From NCBI GenBank assembly GCA_965644495.1, contig CBFFSA010000001.1, positions 1,116,001 to 1,180,000 of the forward strand: 64,000 nt of DNA. Reading direction: 5' to 3'. This document shows positions 11,999 to 23,982 of this stretch, in pieces. This stretch comes from Perkinsela sp. CCAP 1560/9 (taxonomy: Eukaryota > Protista > Euglenozoa: Kinetoplastea). The notes beneath the pieces are model-generated. The model had not been told where the DNA came from, did not search any database, and worked only from the letters and a program-made list of their open reading frames with translations. Each line of letters opens with the position of its first letter. Within the stretch, counting starts at the first letter, position 1. A program made the translations under genes and the position numbers.

Positions 11999-12763
11999 AT
12001 GGCTCTCCTGGTGCACTGTGCCGATCCTATTGCACCTCGGGTAGGCTACAAGACGCGTGGGGCGTCTATGCCCGTTGAGTTTCAACTTGCAAAGCTAGTC
12101 AAAGACATGGTCACATTTCGAAATGAATTCAGTTTACCTCCTTCCTCGTGGCGAGGCGTAATCTGGAAGGACGAGGAGCCTGTTCAGTTATGTTGGCAAT
12201 CGAGATTTTTTTCCGGATCCTTAAACTGGGAATTTATTCCTGACAGTGTCTTGCTCATTGACCTTCGACAAAACCAAATAAATTGTACTTTAAACACCTC
12301 TGATCTTCCAGGTCGATTGCGGCAATTTCATGCTGATATGAACCGACTTCATGGAGAATTCGATTTTTGCAGTCTTCCTGTCACATTGGAAAAATTAACG
12401 ATTAGCAAGAATTTTTTCACTGGGAATGTCGAGCTTGGTGCCCATTTGCCTCCAGGACTCCTTTCTTTGGAGATTAACTCTAATGAGTTTACCGGCGATC
12501 TTTCATTTTGTCATTTACCCAAACAAATTTCAACACTTTGGGCAGCGTATAATTTTTTTAGTGGTCCCATTGTTCTACAAAACCTTCCTCCAACACTCTC
12601 TCAAATAGATCTACGCGGAAACGAGTTCGAAGGAACGCTAAATTTAAAACTTGTACCGGCCACTCTACATATGCTAGGTATTGGGGGTAATGAAAAGTTA
12701 AAATTGAAATACCCTAATGGACAAGGGAAAAAATCTATAAATGGTGGATTTTTTCTGCGCTAA
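11999..12763 (+). CDS. Leucine-rich repeat protein (short LRR family)
   Basis: ADPIAPRVG..RGASMP motif and LRR units; first ATG at 11999 after a pyrimidine tract and AG. Confidence 0.88.
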   Translation: MALLVHCADPIAPRVGYKTRGASMPVEFQLAKLVKDMVTFRNEFSLPPSSWRGVIWKDEEPVQLCWQSRFFSGSLNWEFIPDSVLLIDLRQNQINCTLNTSDLPGRLRQFHADMNRLHGEFDFCSLPVTLEKLTISKNFFTGNVELGAHLPPGLLSLEINSNEFTGDLSFCHLPKQISTLWAAYNFFSGPIVLQNLPPTLSQIDLRGNEFEGTLNLKLVPATLHMLGIGGNEKLKLKYPNGQGKKSINGGFFLR

Positions 12764-12914
12764 TTAACCGAAGTACAGATAACTTGAAGGGAATATTGGG
12801 GGTACAGGCTACATTATGGAGGAAGGCCAACGTCAAGCACTTTTGAGTTTGTAATAGATTACCCTTGAGTTTGTAGTAGATATTGATGAGAGTGCTAGTA
12901 AATCGCTAAAAAGA

Positions 12915-13571
12915 ATGTCGCGAGATTTTACTTTAATGTTATGTGATCTCTCATTCTGTGCTCTGATGTCTCCGTCTTATTCATTTAATTTGTTGTTTGC
13001 ACGCAGCAAGGATTCCACAACTATGCATTGCGGAAAAATAAGAGGTGCAACGCTTCCTGATGAATATTCATTGGAACTGTTCATTCAAAACGTTGGGAAT
13101 CCTCTGTCCTCATGGAATTCGATTATCCCTGCTTGCGAATGGGAGGGCGTATGTTGTGACGGCGACAGGTATATTGAATCCATCAACTGGGCATTCCGTG
13201 ATCTTTCCGGTACTCTGCAATGGAACCGTCTTCCTAGCACTCTACAGGCATTAGAAATTCGGCAAAATCAATTCTATGGCGAAGTCGATTGGGCAAATCT
13301 TCCTCACAGATTACGAAGCCTCTTTCTTTCGGGAAACAAATTTTCTGGTAAATTGAATCTTGAACAACTTCCTTCAAGACTCGAACAACTCGATGTGTGG
13401 GGAAACCAATTTAGCGGCAATGTAGATGTCTCGTCTCTCCCTTCAAATTTGACGTATCTTAATATCAGCTCGAATGTTGATCTGGAAGGCAATATTATCT
13501 CTTCTACTTTACCATCAACACTGCGGCATATTTTTTGGTCAAGGACAAAAATTGTAAATTCAACAAATTGA
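12915..13571 (+). CDS. Leucine-rich repeat protein (short LRR family)
   Basis: GKIRGATLP motif, CEWEGVCC cap, LRR units; exact start uncertain. Confidence 0.88.
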   Translation: MSRDFTLMLCDLSFCALMSPSYSFNLLFARSKDSTTMHCGKIRGATLPDEYSLELFIQNVGNPLSSWNSIIPACEWEGVCCDGDRYIESINWAFRDLSGTLQWNRLPSTLQALEIRQNQFYGEVDWANLPHRLRSLFLSGNKFSGKLNLEQLPSRLEQLDVWGNQFSGNVDVSSLPSNLTYLNISSNVDLEGNIISSTLPSTLRHIFWSRTKIVNSTN

Positions 13572-14133
13572 GATTTTACTTAAAGCCTAAATAAGCACTA
13601 AAGAAGTAAATTTTCTTCCACCTTACGTAGTACTCAGTTCAATATTCAGTTCAGTATAGAGGAGGAAACCTCTCCGTTGATTGAGGAGAGCTTTATAAAT
13701 TATTATTTGAAATTGTTATTTGATTTTTGGGTCGGGATGGGTGAGAATGTACCAGAATAGGGTAAAAGATTGTTTTTTCGTTTCTCGGTTTCATGCCGAA
13801 GAACGTTAGGTTAGGCCTATGTTACGGGCTTCTCAGGGTGTCAGCGGTCAATCGGGGCAACTAGGTGAGAACACTGGGAAGACTTACACGAGACTGTAAA
13901 CTCTTCCTTCAGCCCCTCAAAAAATTTAAGTCTAAACGCATTGCAGAGTCTGCTGCCATTCTCCAAGTATAGTTCTTATCTATTTCGTCTTTTAACTATT
14001 CTACAAATTAATCGCATGTGTTGCACAGTGTCGATGTACGCGCCAGATATTGCTGTATCGGCATGCCCACCAGAAAGGAAAGAAATATACAAGTATAAAT
14101 ATACAAATACAGTATCTCTTCGTATAACTGTAC

Positions 14134-15880
14134 ATTGCCGTGGTTGTATAACTACCGCTCTACCCTCGATTATTGAAAAAGTGAACAAAAACAGTGAAAA
14201 TATTAGATGAACACAGTAATATAATAGAAGAAAAATATATAAAAGGGGGCCACGGTGGTCCAAAACACAAGTCGTCGCGCACGTCGTGCGCACGACTCGG
14301 AAATCTTGCGAGGGCGACCCCCCTTTAGCCTGCGAGTAGCAGGTCTTTCTGCCTTTAATACTTTAGAAACTGTAGGTATGCTTAGATTTAAATTAACAGA
14401 AATGTAACTCATCGAAAACCCGCTATCATAAAGCTCCGAAATTTGCGTTTGTAAGTACCGTGGTGTGGGCCTCATAGAAAAGAAGAAACTTTGGATTAAT
14501 TTAAATTTACACTATTACTTTCTTGATTAATTTTTGCACTCTGTATGAGGTCCATACCACGGTACTTACAAACGCGAATTTCGGAGCTTTATGATAGCGG
14601 GTTTTCGAAATCCTTTATAATAGCGGGTCCCAAAGTGGTGTGGGGCATGTGCGTCTGGTTCAAGGGAACTTGAATGCAGAGCAGTACGTCGAGATTTTAC
14701 AGGAAAATCTTGTCCCATCAATTGATGGCATGGGCTTGGATCCTGGAAATGTTATCTTCCAACAGGATAACGACCCCAAGCATACCAGCCGGTGTGCGCA
14801 ACGGCACCTCCAGGGTACCGGGTTTGAAGTCATGCGGTGGCCCCCGCAGTCACCTGACTTAAACCCCATCGAGAATGTTTGGGGGGAGCTCAAGCGGCGC
14901 CTTGCGGACCACGATGATCCGCCAAGTGGGGTCCGAGAGTTGTGGGAGAGGGTTAAGAAGCAGTGGGCGAACATACCGGCCTCAGTATGTCGTACCCAGG
15001 TGGACAACATGCCTGCCCGTATGAAAGCAGTGTTGAAGGCTCGTGGGGGGAATACAAAGTATTAAATTTATGGGCATATACTCTCTTGGGCAATTACTTT
15101 TTATCTATTTTTTGATGCAATATTTTATTTATGTTAGGTAGCAAAATCACCTTTCGAATGCTAATTTTTGTTAAATTTATTCTTAATTCTTGGGCAGAAC
15201 GAACTGAGGTGAACTATCTATGGGTACTATTAGGTGACACTCATGCCTACACTACTAGCGCACATTACCAGCGCAAAAGTGATAATTAATCAATGGCTGT
15301 ATACAAAAGAAAAAGAATTCGAAACATTCGAAAGGTTTTTTTACTGACTGTACGTCGCGAAATTATTTTCGAATTTTTTGCTTTTCAAAATCGAGCGCAG
15401 GGAAGTGGTGGAGTAGGTCGCGCCGATAATTTTCCACCCCCCCCTGGGGGTGACCCCCCCCCCCTGGTACGCGCAGGGAGGGGTCCGACAAGGTCAAAAT
15501 TTCTGAAATTTTAGGGATGACCAAAAAAATTGACCCAAAAAAAAGTAAAAATATTATTTTTCCAAAATCGACTCCTAAAACGTATTTTGAGAGTTTGGGA
15601 CCTCAGCTACCATTCTACGACGTTTTTTTCGACATATTCGCCTCCTGACCCTACTGGTAAGGCATCAAAAACGGCCCAAATTCGGGTTGAAATTTCACAA
15701 TTTTCGCCGTAAAATCGAGCTTTTTTACCCAAAAAAATAGATTATTCATGATCTTTTGGCGATTTTTCTTTTTTAGGCTCTTCGTTAAACGCGTTGGTAG
15801 TTTTCAACGTGAATCGCGCAACATGAGTGACTTCTAAGTTGAAAACAACCACCGCGTTTAACGAAGAGCCTAAAAAAGAA
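14134..15880 (+). mobile_element. Asymmetric-ended non-autonomous element (Helentron/HINE-like), copy A, containing Tc1 fragments
   Basis: Left ~130 bp matches 32267 and the reverse of 24843; right end is the ~115-bp palindrome 15767-15880; 15574-15880 aligns with 32567-32873. Confidence 0.7.
14270..15065. pseudogene. Rearranged Tc1/mariner transposase: HTH N-terminus on - strand (14475 down), DD34E C-terminus on + strand (14640-15065)
   Basis: FQQDNDPKH, WPPQSPDLNPIENVW, GGNTKY; N-terminus with GGRPRKIS. Confidence 0.88.
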
Positions 15881-16432
15881 ATAAATTATGTATTTATATG
15901 CCATTGTCACTTTCGAAAGAGTTACGTCATGCGGGAGTCGCAGTTCGGCTCGGCTTTCATTTTGCTGTTTGAGGAGAGGCGTTCAGTACCACTCCCATAG
16001 GGCCATTTCCACTGTCGGACCCTTGCCCATTGTTGGTCCGCTTCAGCACTGACGGTCCGTGAAATCTCCGACGTTCAACAGTGGGCGGGTCCTTCGGCTT
16101 TTCGTCTGGTAACCACCCTCGTCTGCGCGTAGCCACACGATGCAGGTCCGTCGGGACATAATCCCCGTGAATCCGCGCTGAGAAGTCCCACACTAAAGCG
16201 GACAGACTCCACACACAGCAATCGTAATGCTTCGCCGTATTCCCCCTTTTTCAAGGGCCTGTAAGCCAAAAGGTGCGCGCTGAGGTCTGAAAGGAAGTGA
16301 TTCACCCCGATACGAATCGCTTCACTTGTGAATAAGCTCGATAAGGTTACTTCCTTGCCTGTAAACTAGAAATATCTTTATTCGGTGTACTTTTACCGTA
16401 AACGTTTTATGTAATACTTTATTATTACTGCT

Positions 16433-19279
16433 ATGTCGCTTACGGACTGTATCGTTGCTTTATGCTGGGGCCCTGGAGGTGACGATGTTGGATACGCGAT
16501 ATACAAGGATGCTTCAGGTTTAAGTACTCACGAAATTTCAGATGTTCCTTCAGAAAAGAGCTTAACTCAATCTCATGTGTTTTCTTTGGGAATCGTTCGA
16601 AATGCTTGCCGACCACCTTTTCTATTTTTGGAACAATTTCGAGCGGCAATTCGTCCTACTCTTTACTTGGTGCCTGAAAAAACTGTTCTTCCTCACGTTC
16701 TCACTTGTTCTACAACTTCCTTGTACCGCAAACATGAAAGCAGTATGGATAATTCGCATCAAATGCATACTTCTCGAAAGCCGTCTGCTTTTTTTGATAG
16801 TACCGAAAGCGATGAAGGTGTTCTCCGTCTCCTGCCACCGAAGGTGAAGTACTTGCATACTATTGAATTTGCTTTGAATACTGCTCGTGAGAGATTGATT
16901 TCACTTCGTATTATAAAAAATGAGAGGGGCTCGCCTACTGCACTGACGTTCTATGACGGATACATTGTCGACTCTGATGCGGTTGACGAAAGAATATTTG
17001 ATCTCATTCATTCACATGTTAATGTACAATCACCCACTGTTTTATGTGCGTTGAGTGTCATGATTTCACATGTGCGACGTTTTAAAAATACTACCCCAGC
17101 AGGAACGGGATTTCGATTTAACGTCATACCACACTTCATGAGCGATCATGTATTTGTGGACCACGAGTGTTATCTTGAGCTTCAAATCTTCAAGTCAGAC
17201 CCTCATCCAGCTTCACATCAACTCATCGGACGACCGAAAGAGGGACTTTCTCTTTTCGGCATTATGGCACAAACAAAAACGCGTCAAGGGTCCGCATTGC
17301 TGAGGTCATGGTTTTTACATCTTACTAATGATAGTTACGTTTTAGAATCTCGATATGACGCCATAGAATTCTTTATGGGATCAAGAAAAATTGAAGTACT
17401 ACGAGAGGCCCTTTCATTCATTAATTCTCCAAACAAAATTGCAGCTAAAATTCGGAATTGCGCAGGTACTGTAGTTGATTGGTACAAAATGTACAAGATA
17501 TTGTACAACTACATATCTTTGTTACGATTTTTTCTTGAGCCAGAGAAAACCAATGAATGTTTGCCCGTCGTTGCGGGAGAACCTTTTGTTCATCTTCCAA
17601 GTCTTTTACGACAATACTGTCAAGATAATTTCCCATCAAATGTAAAAGAATATTTTACGCAGTTTCAGAATGCAGCATGCCAAATAGTAAACGTTCTAAA
17701 TCTCGAGGAAAGCATGAAAAAGTCAGAATATATCATTCGGGAAGGATGTGATGCAGAGCTTGATCGGCTTTGCGACGTTCGACAGCGGCTTCCTCAGTAT
17801 TTAACGGAAGTTGCGAGAACACAGCTTCGTCATGTTTCTACAGAGCTTGCTTCACAGTTGACTATATCTGTCCTATTCTTTCCTCGGTACGGTTATTTAA
17901 TATCAATTAGTCTCAGAGACCTAGAAGACTCTCCCCAGACTGTAATACATGAGCTCACGCAAAAATATGACTGGTCACACATTTCTTCTACGGAAGAACA
18001 CGCATTGTTTAAGAATGCAGCTACGAAGGACTTGGACAACTCTTTGGGTGATATTCATGGAGCGTTGAAGAACGCTGAAGTTGTGGTTCTTCATGGACTA
18101 GAAGATTCCTTTACAAAAGATAAAGCTATTCAGCAATTTTTATCACCAAAAACGTTGGAAGTTGTATGGATACTAGACGCCATTCTTGCACTGTCTCTCA
18201 CGGCGAGTCAAAGAGGCTGGACTCGGCCGATTCTGTCTAAACAGTCCATTCTTCGTTTTCAAGAAGCCCGACACCCGTTACTAACATCGACACCTTCTCA
18301 TCCTATTATAGCCAATGATCTCCTGTTTGGGAGTGCTGACAACGAAGCTAGGAGGTTCCTATTTCTAACAGGAGCCAATAACTCGGGAAAAAGTGTTTTT
18401 TTAAAGCTAATCGGTGTGCTTGTGTTTATGGTTCACATTGGATCCTTTGTTCCCGCAGAGTCCGCCCATGTGGGTCCCGTATCTGCTATTTTGTCTTGCA
18501 TGGGTAGCTCGTTACACCGTTCCTTTGCATCGGATCTGCAAAAAGTTAGCCGTATGTTGCGATTTGCTTCACTGTGCAGCCGGGATGAAAATAATGAAAA
18601 ACGTTTATGTAGGGTATCGCATGATACCCTTTATGCTCCACCACTTTTTCTGATTGATGAATTCGGGCGTGGTACTTTGGCGCAAGATGGTGTAGCGCTG
18701 CTTTCTGCTGTGATTTCTCACTTTTTGAAAGCAAAGCAAACCGTCCATCCGTACTTTTGTCTTTCTACTCATTACACTGAAGCTCTGCGCATGTGTCCTT
18801 TCTTGCGATCGGAGCCTCATTCTCGCGTGGTCGAAATCAGCACCATGCGCGTTGAGGTTTCGGAACACTTACACTTGCAACAAAGCCCTGCGACACTATG
18901 TTTAGAAAAAGGAGCCACATCTGCTCTTCGCTACACTTATCGCAAGAAACAGGGTTGCGTGGCGCAAGATTCTCATGCCCTACCTGTGGCCTTCCATTGC
19001 GGAGTACCTTCACACATCATAGATTGCGCTCAAAAGGCTCGTCGATGCTTAGAGCTCGGACTCTCATTGATTTCGATGTTTGACAAAAGAAGAAATTCAC
19101 TTGATCCTTTAACAAGAGGATTCACAGAACCCTTTTCAGAAGCAAGACTTTTCAGAAATAATACAGATGTATCTCAGTTTTTAACATACTTTAGAGCGCT
19201 AGATTTAGTATCGCCTAACCCAGAAATACTAGTTCGACTACGCACTTATGTACGAAAGTTCGTAGATAATTGTCAATAA
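16433..19279 (+). CDS. MSH5: MutS homolog 5 (meiotic crossover factor)
   Basis: HP...KEGLSLFG motif typical of MSH5, Walker A TGANNSGKS, IGSFVPA, LIDEFGRGT, STHY. Confidence 0.88.
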   Translation: MSLTDCIVALCWGPGGDDVGYAIYKDASGLSTHEISDVPSEKSLTQSHVFSLGIVRNACRPPFLFLEQFRAAIRPTLYLVPEKTVLPHVLTCSTTSLYRKHESSMDNSHQMHTSRKPSAFFDSTESDEGVLRLLPPKVKYLHTIEFALNTARERLISLRIIKNERGSPTALTFYDGYIVDSDAVDERIFDLIHSHVNVQSPTVLCALSVMISHVRRFKNTTPAGTGFRFNVIPHFMSDHVFVDHECYLELQIFKSDPHPASHQLIGRPKEGLSLFGIMAQTKTRQGSALLRSWFLHLTNDSYVLESRYDAIEFFMGSRKIEVLREALSFINSPNKIAAKIRNCAGTVVDWYKMYKILYNYISLLRFFLEPEKTNECLPVVAGEPFVHLPSLLRQYCQDNFPSNVKEYFTQFQNAACQIVNVLNLEESMKKSEYIIREGCDAELDRLCDVRQRLPQYLTEVARTQLRHVSTELASQLTISVLFFPRYGYLISISLRDLEDSPQTVIHELTQKYDWSHISSTEEHALFKNAATKDLDNSLGDIHGALKNAEVVVLHGLEDSFTKDKAIQQFLSPKTLEVVWILDAILALSLTASQRGWTRPILSKQSILRFQEARHPLLTSTPSHPIIANDLLFGSADNEARRFLFLTGANNSGKSVFLKLIGVLVFMVHIGSFVPAESAHVGPVSAILSCMGSSLHRSFASDLQKVSRMLRFASLCSRDENNEKRLCRVSHDTLYAPPLFLIDEFGRGTLAQDGVALLSAVISHFLKAKQTVHPYFCLSTHYTEALRMCPFLRSEPHSRVVEISTMRVEVSEHLHLQQSPATLCLEKGATSALRYTYRKKQGCVAQDSHALPVAFHCGVPSHIIDCAQKARRCLELGLSLISMFDKRRNSLDPLTRGFTEPFSEARLFRNNTDVSQFLTYFRALDLVSPNPEILVRLRTYVRKFVDNCQ

Positions 19280-20135
19280 ATATATATTTTAGCCTTATAT
19301 TTCAAGTTTACAATTTGTACAAGATTTTTGATCTTGCCTCATTCTTTGAGATGCTTTTTTGATGCATTTTCTTGCCCTTTTTATTCCGTTCGTTTTATGC
19401 ATGCTTGATTTCACTGGGTTATTCCTGCCTTAAAAAACGCTAATTGTCAAAATTGGTGCAATTGTTTTATATTTTTAAAGTTTATGTTTTTCGTGTCTAA
19501 GTTATTTGGGCTGATATCTAACTGATTAAGAGTTCGAACTTTCTGATCTCTCCAGGTGTCTACAGTGTTGTATTTATTGAAAATTGATTGAAAATATCAA
19601 CACCAATCGATGTCACATTGGCAGTTGATGCGCGATTCTTTTCTCGGTGTTCGAATTTTTTGTATTCAATTTTGCATTTGGGCTGATATAACGTATTTTT
19701 TTGGTTTTGACTGCATTTTGCGAATCAGTTGCACTGTTTAGTAGCATTTTTACTATCTTTCTTTACGCACATTTTTTTCTTACTGTCAACTCACTCAATC
19801 GAAAAGTACCTATTCGTGTAATGCGAGATCCTTCACTCCCTTTCACCCTCTTCACCCCCTTCACACAGACTTCCCTTCCACCCATCTTCCCTTTCGCCCT
19901 CCTTCGCTTTCAATTCCCCTGCAATAACAGGTAACCTGAAGTTCGAACGCAAAGAAAAAGTCATGGCAGTTCTACTCTACCGAATTTTTGGATAAGCGAA
20001 AAGGCATATTTTATGCCCTTGGGACATAAAAGACGTTTTATGTATACCCGCGTGGATATAACGACATTGTTTCCAGCCCCTGATTTGTTGTCTTTTGGGG
20101 TGGAAGGAGTACAAAGGCACTAATGCTACATATTA

Positions 20136-21558
20136 CTGTCCCCCCCCACTTAAGCGCAACCGGGTTTTGGCCGAAAATTGCGCTTAAGTAGCCGGGTCAG
20201 AAATATCTCAAGGGGAAAAGATATTTCGGACAAAAAAAACATAAAAAAAGTCGCGCCGCTTCGCGGCACGGATATCATCTGTGCTTCTTAGTATTTATGT
20301 TGTCTACTTATGTTTCGTGAGTCATCTTCTAATCGGTGCCGTCTTCAAGCTGTTCCTCACCGTGTCTTCGGTAAGTGCGGGGGGGGGGGGGGATGGGATG
20401 GGATGGGATGCAACATGTTTGACGATTCTGTGCATTTGCTTATTGTAGCTACGATTCATTAAAAGAAACAGAAAATGACTAAAAGTGAAGTTACTCTAAA
20501 AAGGAGACTGCTTGTAACTTATTTTTTAACAACTTTTGTAGGCGCAGTAATAAATTTATACATGTATATCCATGTATATTTACGTATGATGCAGTAGAAG
20601 GCTGTAGTAGTACACAGCGGAACGTAATATCACAACAGCACATCGTTCTCAATATAGTATCACGGCGCCCATAAATTTATAAAAGTTAGTAGTGTAGTCG
20701 TGTTATGATATACGTTCGTGGAGATAAACACAAGAGTTCAGCTATACGTGTCTTAAAAGAAAGGATGTTGTCCCGAGCCGCGTGAGGGGAATACGACAGC
20801 ATACTATCGTACACAGTTATGATATGTCCACGGACAATCACAAGTACGAAATGGTTGGTATACAATAGGCACGCATGAATTCTTGTACCGTGGTCAATAG
20901 CGCAGGGCAGGGTACCACGAGCCAGTAACATCTGTACAACGAAAGGCCCAAGAAAAAGAACCCCGTGTTCTGGATGGAGCCTTTTAAAAAGGGAAATAAC
21001 CTTCTGACACATACCATCCAAACAAGAAGATGGGATTAGCGCGCCCGCCCGTCGATAGCTCTTCCACCGTCGTGTTTCCTGTTCCGGAGGAGGAGTTGAC
21101 GTGTCTGCATCACGATCTACGTCATGAGCTTCTGGGAAGGAAGATAAATCGTTTCCACGAGCAGTGATAAGTATGGTACCATCTTTCGCGTCCTTGTTAG
21201 CAATCACAGGTGGCGAAACTATTAAAGGGGCCTTGATGGGACTCTTGACTGAAGTCTTTATTGGAACCTTTATCGGCATCTTTGCTTGTATTTTCGTGGG
21301 TATTTTCGTGGGTATAACAGGATTTTCGTGGATACGACCGGTAGTATCAAAGTTCGCAGCTACACTGCTCGGATGTTTCGTGGAAGCATTAGAATTTACT
21401 CGGACAGGTAAATCATGGGAATTTTCAAGTAATTCACTGTTGGAAGGACTTCGATCAGTTCCGTTCCTAACTAAAAAAAATGCCTCAATATTAAAATGCC
21501 TCAAATATTGCGCTTAAGTAGCCGTGTCAAACGGTTGCGCATAAGTGGGGGGGGACAG
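20136..21558. mobile_element. TA-flanked TIR element (Tc1/mariner-type ends), non-autonomous, with passenger ORF
   Basis: 27-bp TIR CTGTCCCCCCCCACTTAWGCGCAACCG with one mismatch; TA on both sides. Confidence 0.85.
20686..21504 (-). pseudogene. Passenger ORF with partial Ulp1/C48-like cysteine protease domain
   Basis: NHFVLVIVRGHIITVYDSM matches the H..L...I..YDS His/Asp motif; the QxxxxxCG catalytic Cys motif is absent and there is no ATG start. Confidence 0.5.
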
Positions 21559-21856
21559 TATGTAGTAAGTGAAATTTTGTTACCCCTTCTCCGGCTTTAC
21601 GGTAACACAGATTCTATGAGATGATAAAGTGTCCTCCAGTACGTGCCTAGAAGATTCTATCATCGCCGAGTGTCTGCGCTGCAAATGTGTAAGTTCGCCT
21701 TTATGAGATAACGGGAAAAACGATGGTTTAAAGGCATCGAAAACGCACTTTATAAGATTCTTAAACTAACAATAATTTATAACATATTATTAACATTACT
21801 TTATTATCAACATATTATGATAACACATTTATAACATATTATAAGTAACTGCCCGC

Positions 21857-23812
21857 TTAGCCTTTGTTATTGCACATGCGCGGACAAAAAGTCTTGGCCG
21901 TATATATCCAATATCTTTCTGCACGTTCTAATCCTTCCAAGGAGCACGCTTCTCGATAATTTTTCTCTAATTGGGTAGTCTCTCTACTTGGGCGGGTGTA
22001 AATATCAGCAACGTTCTCCTCCGAAGGAGTGTCGACTATGATTACTGTTGAAGTACCAAGTAAAGTAGCAATACGTTGTATAATAACGTCGATATCTGCG
22101 ACAGGGCTATACTTTTTCTCCACGGCTCGTCCGGCAGCCACGTTATCGCTCATCATGTACATTGTTTCAGCTTGCTGACTTTTTCCGACTCGTATTCCCG
22201 ATTCCAACGCCAAGGTTTCTGCTATTGTAATATCATATTCGTTCTCAGAGGAGTCTCCCCGCGATCTAAAATTATCGAAGTCGATGATAGAATGTGAAGC
22301 TTTTAATCCCTTAATAGCCCATCTTGAGGGCGTTGCGTCTACGGCAATATATACGGTCTTCAAAGACGATACACTCAAGTGAGATCGAGGATGTAGCCAC
22401 TTGATAGACAAATTTGCAATCATTCTTCGAACAAGTTGAATTCCAACTTCTAATTCTGGCAAAGCGAAGTCCCATTCCGTGTCCCTACCAAGAGAACTTT
22501 GTATTTTTGAAGCTCGGCCTAACTTAGAACGATCGAATTCTGCAACAGCAGCTGCAAATCTGTAATATCCATGGAGAGAGAAGAAGGACCTCGGAGTATA
22601 CGTATGTATACTCCGTATGTATATGTGTGGAAGGTATGCTTCAGCCATGGTTTTCTACATTGTGAGAGTAGAGGGGTCTAAAATCCATTCGTTACCCTGT
22701 GAAGTAAGCCTCATTCGGATTCCACAATAGGTAAATTCAGAATCTATTGCCTCTAGCTGCAGATATTTTAGTTTCATACGAGCCAATCTTTCAAAATTAC
22801 GTTGAATTAATCGTTTCCACTCGTCTTGCTGGGTACGTGGCACGAAAAGAAGAATGCTATCATACACTAGGAATATGGCACCCCCAGTTTCGAGCGCAAT
22901 ACATGCTGGAGCTCCGTCACATGTGTACACCGATTTTCGAACTGCATCTGTCAAGTTGAGTAGTATTCCCCAGACAATGGACTGGCATATACCACAAGAA
23001 TTCACAAACCCCATGGGAAGCACGGTGCACTGCAAAATTTTGTTACATAGCACCTCCAACGCTACAAGCTCGGCCAAAGGCACGTTGGCCCCACATATTT
23101 TTCCTTTGAATATTTTCGTGCAATTGTGAGCCACCGTGCGCGAATATAACGGTGTATCTTTATTATCCATGCTAAATTACAGCAGTATAATGTGAATTAT
23201 CTGTAGAAATTATATTAGTAATGAAAATTGAATTGTGACAATTTCTTCTTTTAATTGGTGGAAAAACGACAAAACATGTGTCGTATTTCCCGTACCGAGG
23301 CACATAATATTAAACTTGTTTTAAATTTAAGAAAATACTTCATTTTAGGTAGCCATTTTTAGCTGGCTGTAATCTAGAGTAACACGAGCTACACCTTTCA
23401 TAAGTTTTTGAACCGTGAGGCGCCCCAATCAACAATACTACTGGTACCAGATTTTGGAATTGCATCATTTCGAACAAGACTGCCTTCGTTTCCGGCAGCT
23501 GTTGGGCCTAACATAATGCTTCAAAGTAGATTCGCTTGTCCTAGAAAGTGCCGCTCCAACGGCGTCGTTAGCGTATTGTAACCTAGCGGTATGACCAGTA
23601 TGGCGCAGACATTGACGTGAAAATACCAGCCCCGGAGGCCAGTCGAACAAACGCGAGGCGTCCTGAAGTGCTTTACCGAAATGTGTCCTAATACAACGGG
23701 GAAACAAATACGAATTAGCACTTGATAAATTGAGGAGTTTTTCTATGCCATTTACCGAACACGGGACCATCGAGCCGTTAGGAGAGCCTTTGAAAGTCTT
23801 CAAAAATATCAA
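21857..23812 (-). mobile_element. Degenerate tyrosine-recombinase retrotransposon (VIPER/TATE-like): YR C-terminus, RT, RNase H
   Basis: YR: CLRHTG...TLKHY (23465-23812); RT: LPMGFVNSCGICQ, LVYDSILL (22655-23170); RNase H: AVDAT, IAETLAL, SDN, NVADIYTR (21857-22648). Confidence 0.75.
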
Positions 23813-23982
23813 ATTCTGTTTAGGAAATAAGCAGGGGTCCGAAAAACTTCAAAAACTATAAATATAGTACTTTATAGTACTATATTTTATTTCATGCTAT
23901 ATATTAAACTATATTTTTCACCTAGAGATTTCGACAATTGAAGAGTGACAGATAACATTTTATATATTTTCTTCTGTGTAAT

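Noticed and set aside
15930-16330. GC-balanced stretch with broken - strand frames, possibly a recombinase or retroelement fragment
   Set aside because: No diagnostic motif could be recognised with confidence.
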